The translations under genes and the position numbers were made by a program. From a virus (Duplodnaviria > Caudoviricetes): a stretch of 64,000 bases of DNA. The stretch lies in the IMG/VR virus record IMGVR_UViG_3300043394_000609; one strand, 5' to 3'. Below are positions 27,364 to 37,481 of this stretch, piece after piece. Under the pieces are notes generated by a model, which searched no databases, was not told where the DNA came from, and worked only from the letters and a program-made list of their open reading frames with translations. The number at the start of each line of letters is the position of its first letter. Position 1 is the first letter of the stretch.

Positions 27364-28217
27364 GCTCCTGTGTATTTTTTTATATCTAAATTTAAAACTT
27401 TTAAGTTAACGTCTTGTGGTACTTTAAATTCTTCATATGTGCCGTCATCTTTAAGTAGAACAACAACACAACCAAATAACTTAATATCACCATATTTTGT
27501 CCCTTCCAACATTTTTAATAATAACCTTGCGTATAATGGAAGTTGCAAATAGTAATGTCCTAACGCGGTATCATCATATTGTGCAAATGGATTGTATAAT
27601 TTTTTTGTATACCATTGCGAAATAAAGTTTTTAGGTTGATTTGTTTTCCAATCGGTAATTACTAAACCAAATCCAGTTTTTTCTTTATTAAACATTAACC
27701 AAACTTTATCTGGTTGACCTGTATAACCTAGTTCATTATCCCCCAAAACAATTTCAGTATCCAATAACACCGCGCCTCTTTCGTGCATAAGATCTAAAAA
27801 GGTCTTTCCTGCATTAATCATATTGTCACTTTTGACTCTCTGTGCTTCATCAATTTGGAATATAGGGCGTCTAACGTCTTTATAGTTATTGTAACGACTT
27901 ATAACGTCCAATTCTAATTCATAATGAACTCGACTACCCATATTGGTTGAATAATCACCAGCGGCTTTCCATTCCCTAAGAAGTTTTTGTTGTGCTTCAA
28001 CATCCCCTTTAGACATTTGTAATGCTTTTGCTTCAGCATCAAACTCAGTGTGGAACTTTTTAATTAATTTAGACACCGATGGGAAATCAGTTCTAACTTC
28101 ACCATGTTTATCACGCATGTAATAAATGTGATCTTCTTCAATAAACGTTAATCCGGATTGGATTCTACGCTCTTCTAATAGTTGTTTTATCTCTTCTGAG
28201 ATCTTGTGTAAATCCAT
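27357..28217 (-). CDS. PD-(D/E)XK exonuclease
   Basis: HIYY, PSVS, GSRVH, TE, GQPD, DWKT, YLQLPLY. Confidence 0.85.
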   Translation of the reverse strand: MDLHKISEEIKQLLEERRIQSGLTFIEEDHIYYMRDKHGEVRTDFPSVSKLIKKFHTEFDAEAKALQMSKGDVEAQQKLLREWKAAGDYSTNMGSRVHYELELDVISRYNNYKDVRRPIFQIDEAQRVKSDNMINAGKTFLDLMHERGAVLLDTEIVLGDNELGYTGQPDKVWLMFNKEKTGFGLVITDWKTNQPKNFISQWYTKKLYNPFAQYDDTALGHYYLQLPLYARLLLKMLEGTKYGDIKLFGCVVVLLKDDGTYEEFKVPQDVNLKVLNLDIKKYTGAW

Positions 28218-28218
28218 A

Positions 28219-29157
28219 TTAATCTAATTGCATTTCATTTAATTCACTTAAATCACCGCGTAAATCCGCGATATCATTTTCCATTGGCATTTTTACTACC
28301 CATACCTTACCAAATAACCTACCATTATTCAACTTGTGGAACAATTTAACGGCATTATCCCAAGCATCGCCATCTAATACTATAACTAACTCTTTTGCTT
28401 TCTCGTATAAAATATCAAATAGATGTTCACTCATCACTTTTCCTAACATTGGAATGGAATTTTTCAAAAATATACTATCAAAGGCCCCTTCAACAATATA
28501 TAAACGTTCATCCCAGTTTATTAAATTTTCATTAAAGATAATGATTTCTTTTTGAACTTCAGGGTTTCTATATTTTAATTTAGAATAATCTAAATAAGAT
28601 CGAGCAATAAAGTAATTTAAAACACCTTCTTTATCATACGATGGTATAATAATTCTACCAGCATACAATCCCTCATATGCAAAACCAATATTAAATCGAT
28701 TAATCAATTCTTCGGTCACTCCGCGTTTTTTTAAATAAGCGGTCGCTTGTCGATAATGATGGGTTAGCTTAATTCCTAATGTACAGTCTTTTAAACTAAT
28801 ATATTCTTTGGGTAGTTGAACTTTCTTATATTCTCTTTTGGCTTGGGGAACATCTTCTGGTATTAAGAGTTCGTACATTTTTAACTGTTTCTTGTTCCCA
28901 TATTTTTTAACCAACCAATATAAACTACCACGAGTGTCGTGAGTATCGCTACATGACCAGCATTTGTAAACCCTCATTCGATAATTAACTTCTAGATTAC
29001 CTTTACCATCACCATCATCTAGACCCTTTATTTCGTGAGAACAAACAGGACAATCAAATGAAATTTGTGCCTTATAATCATTGTGCATGTGACAACTACC
29101 TAGAATGTCTTCTAGGATGTCAATAATTGGCCCATAATCATTATCTGGTTTATTCAT
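28219..29157 (-). CDS. DNA primase (Zn finger + TOPRIM)
   Basis: CPVC...CWSC, YLKKRG, RIIIP, IVEGAFD, LDGDA; likely start MNKPDND at 29157. Confidence 0.9.
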   Translation of the reverse strand: MNKPDNDYGPIIDILEDILGSCHMHNDYKAQISFDCPVCSHEIKGLDDGDGKGNLEVNYRMRVYKCWSCSDTHDTRGSLYWLVKKYGNKKQLKMYELLIPEDVPQAKREYKKVQLPKEYISLKDCTLGIKLTHHYRQATAYLKKRGVTEELINRFNIGFAYEGLYAGRIIIPSYDKEGVLNYFIARSYLDYSKLKYRNPEVQKEIIIFNENLINWDERLYIVEGAFDSIFLKNSIPMLGKVMSEHLFDILYEKAKELVIVLDGDAWDNAVKLFHKLNNGRLFGKVWVVKMPMENDIADLRGDLSELNEMQLD

Positions 29158-29185
29158 GGGGTAAAGGTATAAATAATTTTTTAAT

Positions 29186-29257
29186 AAAAAAAATCCCCCG
29201 AAGACACCACCCTTCGAGGGAATCAAATAAACCGCGTTAAACCCCCGTATTTATTTG
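29186..29257 (-). ncRNA. Candidate small RNA (~70 nt) ending in an intrinsic terminator
   Basis: TATCTTTA at 29260-29267; stem CAAAUAAAU/GUUUAUUUG around a G-rich loop; 11-bp terminator stem plus U8; no AUG-initiated ORF. Confidence 0.55.
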
Positions 29258-29307
29258 TATAAAGATAAACAAAAAAAATTAATTTATGGCAAAAAAATGG
29301 TGATTTT

Positions 29308-29910
29308 TTATGATTCTTCCTTAAGTTTGTTAATATAACCAATTACCGCAGTTGCAGCATCACTCATGTCATAACATTCTTTTTTTAATTGGCCGGTTCT
29401 ACCATATAACCATTTTACCTCTGGACATACAGCATTGACGTGTTCCCAAACAACATGTTTTTTATCAATATCTTTAGGATAACCACCAAATAAAACCTTT
29501 CTACCTTTATCGTTTGCCCCTACTAAATCAGGAAAAGCATACTTTCTGGCATTATATGTTGAAATAAAAGTTGGTACCAGACCAAGAGTGTCATAAATGA
29601 TCTTACAAATCATTGTATTGTAACGTAATAACGTCCCAATTGTATAAACATTATTAGAACTCAATAAAGGTTCTTCAATAACTACTTTAACAATACCCAT
29701 ATCGGTATAACCTTCTAATTGTGCTTTAAACGCATTAGCCTTCATCATAAGCTCTTCTAACTTATCTTCAGGCTGAGGTTTAATCTTAGGTGAAAAGTGT
29801 GTTAGTTCAAGTAAATTCTGACCTGTTAAATCAAAAATAGCCCAACCGATGGTCTTTGTTGATATATCAAGTCCCAGAATTTTAGATTTGTTTTTAAATT
29901 TTACTTCCAT
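29308..29910 (-). CDS. RuvC-like Holliday junction resolvase
   Basis: ILGLDISTKTIGWA, VVIEEP, YDMSDA (RNase H fold). Confidence 0.8.
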   Translation of the reverse strand: MEVKFKNKSKILGLDISTKTIGWAIFDLTGQNLLELTHFSPKIKPQPEDKLEELMMKANAFKAQLEGYTDMGIVKVVIEEPLLSSNNVYTIGTLLRYNTMICKIIYDTLGLVPTFISTYNARKYAFPDLVGANDKGRKVLFGGYPKDIDKKHVVWEHVNAVCPEVKWLYGRTGQLKKECYDMSDAATAVIGYINKLKEES

Positions 29911-29947
29911 AATCAAGAATAATTAAAAAAATTCCTAATGTAAAGCT

Positions 29948-32041
29948 TTAGAAGTCTAATCTAACAGAAAAAACTTGTGTCCCTGATCTTTCTACTGGTT
30001 TCGTACATTTAGCAATAACCAACGCCTCTTTCTGTTCGTTTAACAATGCAATATCCGTAATTCTAAGATTACCATTTTTATATGTAGGATTTTGAGATGT
30101 GTTAAATTGTGTTGATGGTAAGTTGATCATGTAGTTTAATACCGCAATATCCGTTGCTCTTGTTAATCTAACATACCCGGGAAATGGTTGTGTGTCACCA
30201 AATTCAGATAAGGTAGGGGTTGTTAATGCATCATTCTGATCAGTTATTTGCCCTAAGAAATTTTCAATATCATAAGTCGGCGCAACATCATATTCATCCC
30301 CAGTAATTGTAAATGGGATATTTGTCAATTTTGTTGGGTCAATTAAATTACCAATTGTATGTGATAATATCTGCGGTGTTAAATCAATTAATTTCCAAGA
30401 TTCCGAAGATGGTTGATTCCCTGTTGTTGTTATCTGAACTAGCGCATGAAATTTATCCGCAATAAACCCATCAAAAAATGAAGTTGTATCCATATAACCA
30501 AATGATCCGGTTTCGAATTTCATTGTGACATTCGAATTTGTTGTTCCGGTGATTTTATTATAATAATTACAGTGCATCCCATTAACCCCAGGATTAGTGT
30601 CGTACTCAAATACATAGGTAACCCAAGCAGTTTGTCCAGTTGTAATTAAAGGTTCAACACTTAACATACATGGTGAATCTGTTGAAGTAACAGCAACTTT
30701 AGGTGCTGGTAATGTATAACGTCTATTTGATTTGTATTCCAACATAGCAACCAATTCTTGGTCATCAAATACAATGATTTTTTTATCTAAAAATACCTTA
30801 CCAACTCTAACTTCTTGTTCGTCTAGCAAATATCTAAATTTAACATTATTCGAATTTGGTTTGAGATTTTTACTTGACGACACATAATAATCAGTTGAAT
30901 CCATTGTGAATAATGCACCAATAACATTACTAGTATTTCTATGGTAATGAACAAATGGTATATACACTTCAAAAGTTTCAATATCTTCTTCATCACCCGA
31001 AATCCTATCGTCATATCTATAGAATCTATCTTTATCGTTATAAATGTCACCAAGTTCCGAAAAATGAATAATTGCAACACATCTTTGATCTTCAGGAATA
31101 ACATTTATTGTTTCTCCATATGAATTTATAAAAGCTGTTGGGGTTGATATTGTTCCACCAGTTAAATTAGTAAACGTTTGACCTGAACTAGTTGTGTATC
31201 CTAAGTATTCTTTAGTCGACACATATTGATTACCAGTGTACCCAGATAATTGTTCGTCAATTAATTCTACCCCAGCTGGTTTTTGTGTCCAAACAATATC
31301 TAATGTCCATGGATCATGTTGGTCTAAATTATCAACTAAAATTGGTGAACAAACTGTTGACGATTCTGTCGGCAATGGATATTCAATCTTACAATCATTA
31401 CATATTACTTGTGCATAACCAGTTGAATCACTAAAATCTGGCATATTTCTATCTAAATTAAGTTCATTACCATTCACCGACATCACGCGATAAACTAATG
31501 TTTGTGTCCCACCGCTAATTACTTGATCATCACCAACAAAACGTGTGTTTAATGCTAATGTAATAAATTCGGTAGTCACAAATTCAAGACCATTTTCCAC
31601 AGTAAGAATGGACGTACCGTCTATTACACTTAATGATACTTCTTGTACTGCACATGCAATTGTTGTTCCAGTAAAATAAACAGTATCATAATCATAATAT
31701 TGTGTCACAAACCCAGCTGGTCCCATTTCATTTCGAACAGTTTCAAATGAAGAGTTTCTAATTGGATCACCATATGTTTGACCATTTGTGTCTGATAGTA
31801 TAAATGGATATTTAACTTGTGTATCACCATCTGATGGTGAAAGCACTCGTTGATATGGCGCGCGGTAATTAGATGTCATAGCATTATTATTACCGGTCAT
31901 ATTATTAAAATTATAATCATATTCAGAATCCCCTATCTGAAAATATTTGATTACAAAATCACCCTCTGATATTGATTTTCTTCCCTTTTTGGTTATTCTG
32001 GCAGATAAAAATTCTGAATTGTTATTATTTAAAAAGCTCAT
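29948..32041 (-). CDS. Baseplate/fibre-attachment structural protein
   Basis: ARITKKGR..YFQIGDSE N-terminus and ITDIALLN..ALVIAK C-terminus resemble tail-collar/fibre attachment folds. Confidence 0.55.
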   Translation of the reverse strand: MSFLNNNNSEFLSARITKKGRKSISEGDFVIKYFQIGDSEYDYNFNNMTGNNNAMTSNYRAPYQRVLSPSDGDTQVKYPFILSDTNGQTYGDPIRNSSFETVRNEMGPAGFVTQYYDYDTVYFTGTTIACAVQEVSLSVIDGTSILTVENGLEFVTTEFITLALNTRFVGDDQVISGGTQTLVYRVMSVNGNELNLDRNMPDFSDSTGYAQVICNDCKIEYPLPTESSTVCSPILVDNLDQHDPWTLDIVWTQKPAGVELIDEQLSGYTGNQYVSTKEYLGYTTSSGQTFTNLTGGTISTPTAFINSYGETINVIPEDQRCVAIIHFSELGDIYNDKDRFYRYDDRISGDEEDIETFEVYIPFVHYHRNTSNVIGALFTMDSTDYYVSSSKNLKPNSNNVKFRYLLDEQEVRVGKVFLDKKIIVFDDQELVAMLEYKSNRRYTLPAPKVAVTSTDSPCMLSVEPLITTGQTAWVTYVFEYDTNPGVNGMHCNYYNKITGTTNSNVTMKFETGSFGYMDTTSFFDGFIADKFHALVQITTTGNQPSSESWKLIDLTPQILSHTIGNLIDPTKLTNIPFTITGDEYDVAPTYDIENFLGQITDQNDALTTPTLSEFGDTQPFPGYVRLTRATDIAVLNYMINLPSTQFNTSQNPTYKNGNLRITDIALLNEQKEALVIAKCTKPVERSGTQVFSVRLDF

Positions 32042-32065
32042 ATCTTTATTAGTTTATTGTTTTTG

Positions 32066-33349
32066 TTATTGACAAGCACTACCTTGTATATCCATTGTTA
32101 TTGTTAAGTTTGGTCCTGTTGATAAATCTACATTTGTAAATTCATAATAACCTGGTGTAGTTACACATACACTATATGCTATAGGACTTAATGCTAAATT
32201 TAACGGAACGTCATTCGCAACTGAGATGTAAACCCCAACTGTTGAAAGCGATGTACCGTTTGTATAACCTCCTTGTAAGTAACCACCGTTAACTACTGGG
32301 AATGAATTAGTATCTTCTATAATAACAACACCATTTACTTCAACACCTATTATCGTTCCACCATAGGTATCAAAATTATTCACAAATACTAAACCAATAC
32401 CACCTGATTCAGGTGTTGGTGTGAGTGTAAGTGTAGGTGTTGGTGTAGCATTTGATTCAACAGAACAAGGTCCAACAGTTGATACTTGAATATCACCACT
32501 AGCCGATATTTGACCTGTTTGAGCACAAACTGTAGTTGCATCATAACCATTCACACCCCCAATATACCCATCACCAGGTATACCGTCACAATCAATAAAT
32601 GAATAATATTGGGCAGATGATGCCGACGTGCCTAAGGTATATTCGTAGCACTCATTTGAATCACTAATTGGGGTTACTGTTGGTGTAGGGGTTGGAGTTG
32701 GTGTGGATTGTTTTGGATTACCGTTACAATCATACTCATTTAAAGCGTTAATGATGCCAACTGTAGTTGCATCACTTGTGGTGCCATTATATTGATACAC
32801 CGCCCCCGCATTCGGTGAACCTGAAATTCCAATAGTATCACTATATAGAGGTTCATCGGTGAAACCACCATTTATTAATGTATTATATGTTGCAACAAAT
32901 CTACTTAATGCAGTTTCATTAGGGTCATAACATAATAAGAATTCATAATTTGTTTCTGGAACAGCAGTAGGCGTCGGAGTGGCCGTAGCTGTTGGCGTTA
33001 ATGTGACGGTAAGCGTTGGTGTTACCGTAGGTGTTAATGTTACCGTAGGTGTTGGTGTTGGCGTTAATGTGACGGTAAGCGTTGGTGTTACCGTAGGTGT
33101 TGGTGTCGCTATCAAATAAATTACTTGATTTGTTGGACACGCATCAATTATATCAATTCTAGTATTATATAATGTGATTGAAATAGAATTATCTGGAATT
33201 GATATTCTAAATCCATCACCTGTCACTAAATCAACATATGTTATCCCAGAATATCCTAGTATATTACCAGATCCGTTATCGTAATAGATATTATACGGCC
33301 CTAAATCAGTACCTTCTGTTATTTTTACATCAAAAATTTTATTTGCCAT
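32066..33349 (-). CDS. Modular virion appendage protein with Thr-Pro linkers
   Basis: Shared N-domain (GPYNIYYD...IPDN), three TP tracts, Cys-rich modules. Confidence 0.65.
   Translation of the reverse strand: MANKIFDVKITEGTDLGPYNIYYDNGSGNILGYSGITYVDLVTGDGFRISIPDNSISITLYNTRIDIIDACPTNQVIYLIATPTPTVTPTLTVTLTPTPTPTVTLTPTVTPTLTVTLTPTATATPTPTAVPETNYEFLLCYDPNETALSRFVATYNTLINGGFTDEPLYSDTIGISGSPNAGAVYQYNGTTSDATTVGIINALNEYDCNGNPKQSTPTPTPTPTVTPISDSNECYEYTLGTSASSAQYYSFIDCDGIPGDGYIGGVNGYDATTVCAQTGQISASGDIQVSTVGPCSVESNATPTPTLTLTPTPESGGIGLVFVNNFDTYGGTIIGVEVNGVVIIEDTNSFPVVNGGYLQGGYTNGTSLSTVGVYISVANDVPLNLALSPIAYSVCVTTPGYYEFTNVDLSTGPNLTITMDIQGSACQ
32990..33101. repeat. 46-bp exact direct repeat in a TP linker
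   Basis: Copies at 32990-33035 and 33056-33101. Confidence 0.8.
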
Positions 33350-33352
33350 TCT

Positions 33353-33360
33353 TATAAATA
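33353..33360 (-). promoter_or_regulatory. Representative putative late promoter TATTTAT(A/T/G)
   Basis: Same motif at 18-25, 3718, 5781, 6573, 13124, 14874, 17234, 20387, 21375, 35199, 36259, 47487, 55275, 57619 (minus) and 18557, 21482 (plus), always shortly upstream of a start on the coding strand. Confidence 0.7.
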
Positions 33361-33385
33361 TTGGTTAAACCACACCTTTGTTTTA

Positions 33386-34606
33386 TTAATTACAACTGCC
33401 TATCATTGGCCAAAACGAACTATGTGATATGTTTATGGTAGTTGTATCTAATAATGTTCCACCACTATTGTATAATTTTAAATCACCAGATGTGTTTCCA
33501 AACCCATTTGATTCTGTATAGGTTATATAACCTTGCCCTTGTGAATATAACGAGCCACTAGTATATGTCACCGTTGCTGATGAAGACACTAAAGGCGTAT
33601 ATGTCACATAATAACCAACTGGCGCGTCGTAAACATATACAGGGAAATACATAGTACATTGAGCATTATCATTACAATTTCCAGATCTACAAATAGGACT
33701 ACTACCCATGCTAACAGATGGTTCAGCAGTTGTTGGTGTAGCTGTAGGTGTAAGCGTATAAGTAGGCGTATATGTCGGGGTATATGTTGGAGTGTATGTT
33801 GGTGTCAATGTTAGTGTTACTGTTGGTGTCAATGTTGGTGTCGGTGTCGGGTCAATAATTTCAGTAAACGAAGCTTCTAAGACACAATCGTCAATTGTAA
33901 ATTCAATTGAAATTACACATTCACCCATATCTTTTGCGTAAACTGTATACGTCCCAGGTAATAAATTATTTATTACATTAGAACCGCCATATGTTCCATT
34001 AGTCCCCAGTTTATATGAATAAGCTGGACTACCACCTGTAACCGTTACGGTAACCGAACCATTACCAGACACTATTGTACTATTAACAGTTGATGCTTCA
34101 ATTGTCATGTCTTCAGGTTCCGTTAATGTTACCTCCTCAGTTTCAGTAAGCCCATAACAATCAGTAACTGTTATTGTATATGTTCCCTCATCTAAACTAT
34201 CGAGATTTTTTGATGTTGATGAAAAACCATTTGGACCAATCCAAGAATATGTATATGGCGGAGCACCACCACAGACTTCAATTTGTATTATTCCAGTATT
34301 TCCTGGGCCAGGATAATCTGGACACACACTATTAATAGGGTATGCTGTTATTGTTATTGGTGTTGGAACTAATCTAACCGGGAAAATTTGGTCTTTACAT
34401 CCAGGGCAACCAATTTTAATATAAATCACATCATCAATATACGTGTCTATTGTAGAACCACTAATCGTTAATGTGTTCCCAGTAAATCCAGAAACATATA
34501 AATCATATTCACCATATTCCGACGATGAAATGTAAACATCTTGTGGATTATCAATCTGAGAAAATCCTGGTTCTATTTGAAACCCAATTTCAATTCCTTT
34601 TGCCAT
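33386..34606 (-). CDS. SprB-repeat virion protein with TP linker
   Basis: GGAPPYTYSWIGPNGFSST..L..GTYTITVTD..G and GGSPAYSY...GTYTVYAKD..C. Confidence 0.75.
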   Translation of the reverse strand: MAKGIEIGFQIEPGFSQIDNPQDVYISSSEYGEYDLYVSGFTGNTLTISGSTIDTYIDDVIYIKIGCPGCKDQIFPVRLVPTPITITAYPINSVCPDYPGPGNTGIIQIEVCGGAPPYTYSWIGPNGFSSTSKNLDSLDEGTYTITVTDCYGLTETEEVTLTEPEDMTIEASTVNSTIVSGNGSVTVTVTGGSPAYSYKLGTNGTYGGSNVINNLLPGTYTVYAKDMGECVISIEFTIDDCVLEASFTEIIDPTPTPTLTPTVTLTLTPTYTPTYTPTYTPTYTLTPTATPTTAEPSVSMGSSPICRSGNCNDNAQCTMYFPVYVYDAPVGYYVTYTPLVSSSATVTYTSGSLYSQGQGYITYTESNGFGNTSGDLKLYNSGGTLLDTTTINISHSSFWPMIGSCN

Positions 34607-35193
34607 TAATGATTTGATAGATTTAATGCTTTGATGTCATAACCACCTTGCTTTTTATTTGCTGCATTTATATTGTGACCGTCATAATGTTCAATAAAAA
34701 AGTACACTAACCCAGTTGGATTTGAATTAGAATATGTTACGTTATAACTATATGGTAATGTTTGATTGCTTACCATTGCAGTCATTGGAAAATTAGTTGT
34801 TGTACCAGTATAAATGTTGTAATGCCTATTATTTGAAGCATTATTTGGATAAACCTCAGAAATTGTTATTTCTTTAGTTATCCAATGACCACATGAAATT
34901 AATTCAGCAGTAACATCAACGTCAATTCTATCATAACATTCGTACACTTTACTGTCAGAAGTTCTAACATTTTCTATGATGTATCTACCAGTAACTGTAT
35001 CGGTTAATTTAAACCAATATTCTGTGTCAAAATTTAAATTATCCACTGTTATCGGCGATAACATATAATCTCTTACATCCGATGATTGAAAAGTACCATT
35101 TACTGACGTAAAAGTTCCCTTTGGGTGTGTTGAATAACCCAAAGTAAAATCATTTTTCGATTTAATATTATATAATCTAACTACTAATCCCAT
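34606..35193 (-). CDS. Beta-sandwich (FnIII-like) virion protein
   Basis: ITVDNLNFDTEYWFKL. Confidence 0.5.
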   Translation of the reverse strand: MGLVVRLYNIKSKNDFTLGYSTHPKGTFTSVNGTFQSSDVRDYMLSPITVDNLNFDTEYWFKLTDTVTGRYIIENVRTSDSKVYECYDRIDVDVTAELISCGHWITKEITISEVYPNNASNNRHYNIYTGTTTNFPMTAMVSNQTLPYSYNVTYSNSNPTGLVYFFIEHYDGHNINAANKKQGGYDIKALNLSNH

Positions 35194-35225
35194 ATTAACA
35201 TAAATACAACCATATAAAATTTAAA

Positions 35226-35252
35226 TAAAAAAACCCCGTTAGTAAAGGGGTT
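35226..35252 (-). terminator. Intrinsic terminator
   Basis: AACCCC/GGGGTT stem with U-tract on the minus strand. Confidence 0.6.
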
Positions 35253-35277
35253 AAATTATTAGATATGTTGTTTTTAT

Positions 35278-36252
35278 TTATTCTGATAAGAAAGTTGGGT
35301 TCTCAATACCGCAATGTGTGTCGTCATCACATGAACGAACAATAGCACTATATAATGTTACATCTGAAACACCTAAATAATTATCATTGATGATCGTCCC
35401 ACAATGTATAAATTCACGATTTATTTTAATTAAAAATTCCACAACATCACCAACCTCGAAAGTTTGAGTTTTTTGTGCATTCCAATATAATCCAGTTTCA
35501 CAATCTTGAATTAAATAATTAATTGTCTGCACGCTTGTTGGGGTTGGTGTCGGGGTTGGTGTCGGCGCCATTATTTCAACCAAACCACTATTAACAATAC
35601 AACCATTTGCATCTGTTACTTCCAAACAATAATAACCACCGGTTAAATTCGATATTACTTGATCTTTTGTCACCAACGTAACGTCCGTTATTGTTTCTAT
35701 TAACGTATCTCCACATCCAGCAACGTATGGTGATGCCGTATCTTTATATAAACGATAAGTTTTAGGCCAAACCCCACCAGTTGACGAAGCGGTTAATGAA
35801 GCATCACCAGCAGTAATTGTTGAAACATTTATTTCTGGTTGTGTTACCGTCACATCAAATGTTTTAACATTACCATTATTGTCTTTTATATAAACAACAT
35901 AATTACTTGAAGTTAAAGAAGTATATGTCTTAGTGGTAATTAATGCCTCGTATGAACCATCTGAATTTAACTTAATTGAATATAAACCACCAGTACCTCC
36001 GGATACATTTGATATGGTTATTGATCCATCACTACCACCATAACAGCTAATCGCAGTGAAATCTATCGTTGCTGAAATTGGTGTAAGACAATCATTAACG
36101 GGAAGTAATAAACCATTTAATTGTTGTCTATACACATTGTTAATTGAATAATATCCATCTGGTGCCAATGTTGTACGAGAACTATCCTCCCATATTTTTG
36201 TTGCGGTATCAAATCTTGAAGTGTCAATAAAGTAAATCCCTGTAATTGCCAT
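35278..36252 (-). CDS. SprB-repeat virion protein with TP linker
   Basis: ISCYGGSDGSITI..SGGTG..Y, VTQP, GYYCLEVTDANGC. Confidence 0.75.
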   Translation of the reverse strand: MAITGIYFIDTSRFDTATKIWEDSSRTTLAPDGYYSINNVYRQQLNGLLLPVNDCLTPISATIDFTAISCYGGSDGSITISNVSGGTGGLYSIKLNSDGSYEALITTKTYTSLTSSNYVVYIKDNNGNVKTFDVTVTQPEINVSTITAGDASLTASSTGGVWPKTYRLYKDTASPYVAGCGDTLIETITDVTLVTKDQVISNLTGGYYCLEVTDANGCIVNSGLVEIMAPTPTPTPTPTSVQTINYLIQDCETGLYWNAQKTQTFEVGDVVEFLIKINREFIHCGTIINDNYLGVSDVTLYSAIVRSCDDDTHCGIENPTFLSE

Positions 36253-36280
36253 ATATTATATAAATAGAATATTTTTATTT

Positions 36281-37471
36281 TTAATCTTTTATTAATCTTA
36301 CAGAAATTCCCTGAGTTGGGCTAACCCAACCTTTATCAATTACATTGGATATATTAGTTAATGAATAACCCCAAATTTGTTCAAGCCCTGGTGTGTTATT
36401 AGTTCTAGAAGAACTCGCAAGTATCGTTGCACCTTGTAGTTCGCCGAAATAACCAGCAGTTGCTCTATTTCCTGCAGGAAGAGCCGTAAACCCAGATGTG
36501 TTACTTCCAACCGAAAGACCTCCGAACCAATGGCATGACCCAGCTTCTTTTAAGTAACCACCGATTTCAAGTTGATAAAAACTACTTCCAGTACCCCATG
36601 TATCAATCCAAGTACCGCCACCTAATGTTGCGGTTAGTGTTGTCCAATCATCATTTGAAGGTACACGATAACCAATTGGTGCCAATCCACCGTGATCGGT
36701 ATCTAAAATTGCGTATATGTTGTATAGTTTACCATATGTTGTACCATTTGATGTTTGATTTTCATAATAACACCAAGCACCGGTTGTTAAATACGCCCAT
36801 TCAGATGGGTCTGTTACTTGTGGTATCGTTGTACCATCTCTATATGTTGTAACATCTAAATTACAACCCGCCCAAATTTGTGACCCTATTGTAACATCAT
36901 GTGCTACACAATCAGCACATGGATCTGGTGTGGGTGTGGGTGTTGGTGTTGGGATAATTTCACATACACATGCTAGTTCTGGTGAATTTTCGTCATAACA
37001 TAACTCAATACTAGTTACTTCACAACCTTGTATAAGACTTAATTCAAGTCCATCAGCATTAACTGTACCATACATCGCACAAAAAGTATGTTCTACTTGT
37101 CCATTGGTACCGTCAATAATTGTCGATATCTCGTTGCATTCGCAATCAATATAATTATATTCGGAAACACCGTTATCCGATGTTACTGTGTATGTGTAAC
37201 AGCCAATTGGAATTGTGTAACTATCGTTATTAACACCATCATTATCTGAACAAAAAGAATCTGGATCACTACTCAAGACAATTGATGTTGTCTCATCTGG
37301 AACCGAAACTAAAATGCCATATATATCTGATAGCTCGTTAAAAGTTAATCCTGTGGCAGGTTGACCATTTGAATGTAATAATGCTCTTTTGTTTGTGTCT
37401 ATTGAATCATAATAAATGTCAAATAAACTATCTGACGAACCAATGACTATTCTTACTTTTACGTATTTCAT
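36281..37471 (-). CDS. FISUMP (Fibrobacter succinogenes major paralogous) domain virion protein
   Basis: VTIGSQIW..NLDVTTYRDG, GAWCYY, YGKLYN, APIGYRVPS..DW..L, SGFTALPAG.R, GISVRLIKD. Confidence 0.85.
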   Translation of the reverse strand: MKYVKVRIVIGSSDSLFDIYYDSIDTNKRALLHSNGQPATGLTFNELSDIYGILVSVPDETTSIVLSSDPDSFCSDNDGVNNDSYTIPIGCYTYTVTSDNGVSEYNYIDCECNEISTIIDGTNGQVEHTFCAMYGTVNADGLELSLIQGCEVTSIELCYDENSPELACVCEIIPTPTPTPTPDPCADCVAHDVTIGSQIWAGCNLDVTTYRDGTTIPQVTDPSEWAYLTTGAWCYYENQTSNGTTYGKLYNIYAILDTDHGGLAPIGYRVPSNDDWTTLTATLGGGTWIDTWGTGSSFYQLEIGGYLKEAGSCHWFGGLSVGSNTSGFTALPAGNRATAGYFGELQGATILASSSRTNNTPGLEQIWGYSLTNISNVIDKGWVSPTQGISVRLIKD

Positions 37472-37481
37472 TTATATTATA

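Noticed and set aside
29158-29226. Longer primase start given in the ORF track
   Set aside because: It runs through a terminator hairpin from a non-ATG start; ATG 29157 has its own promoter box.
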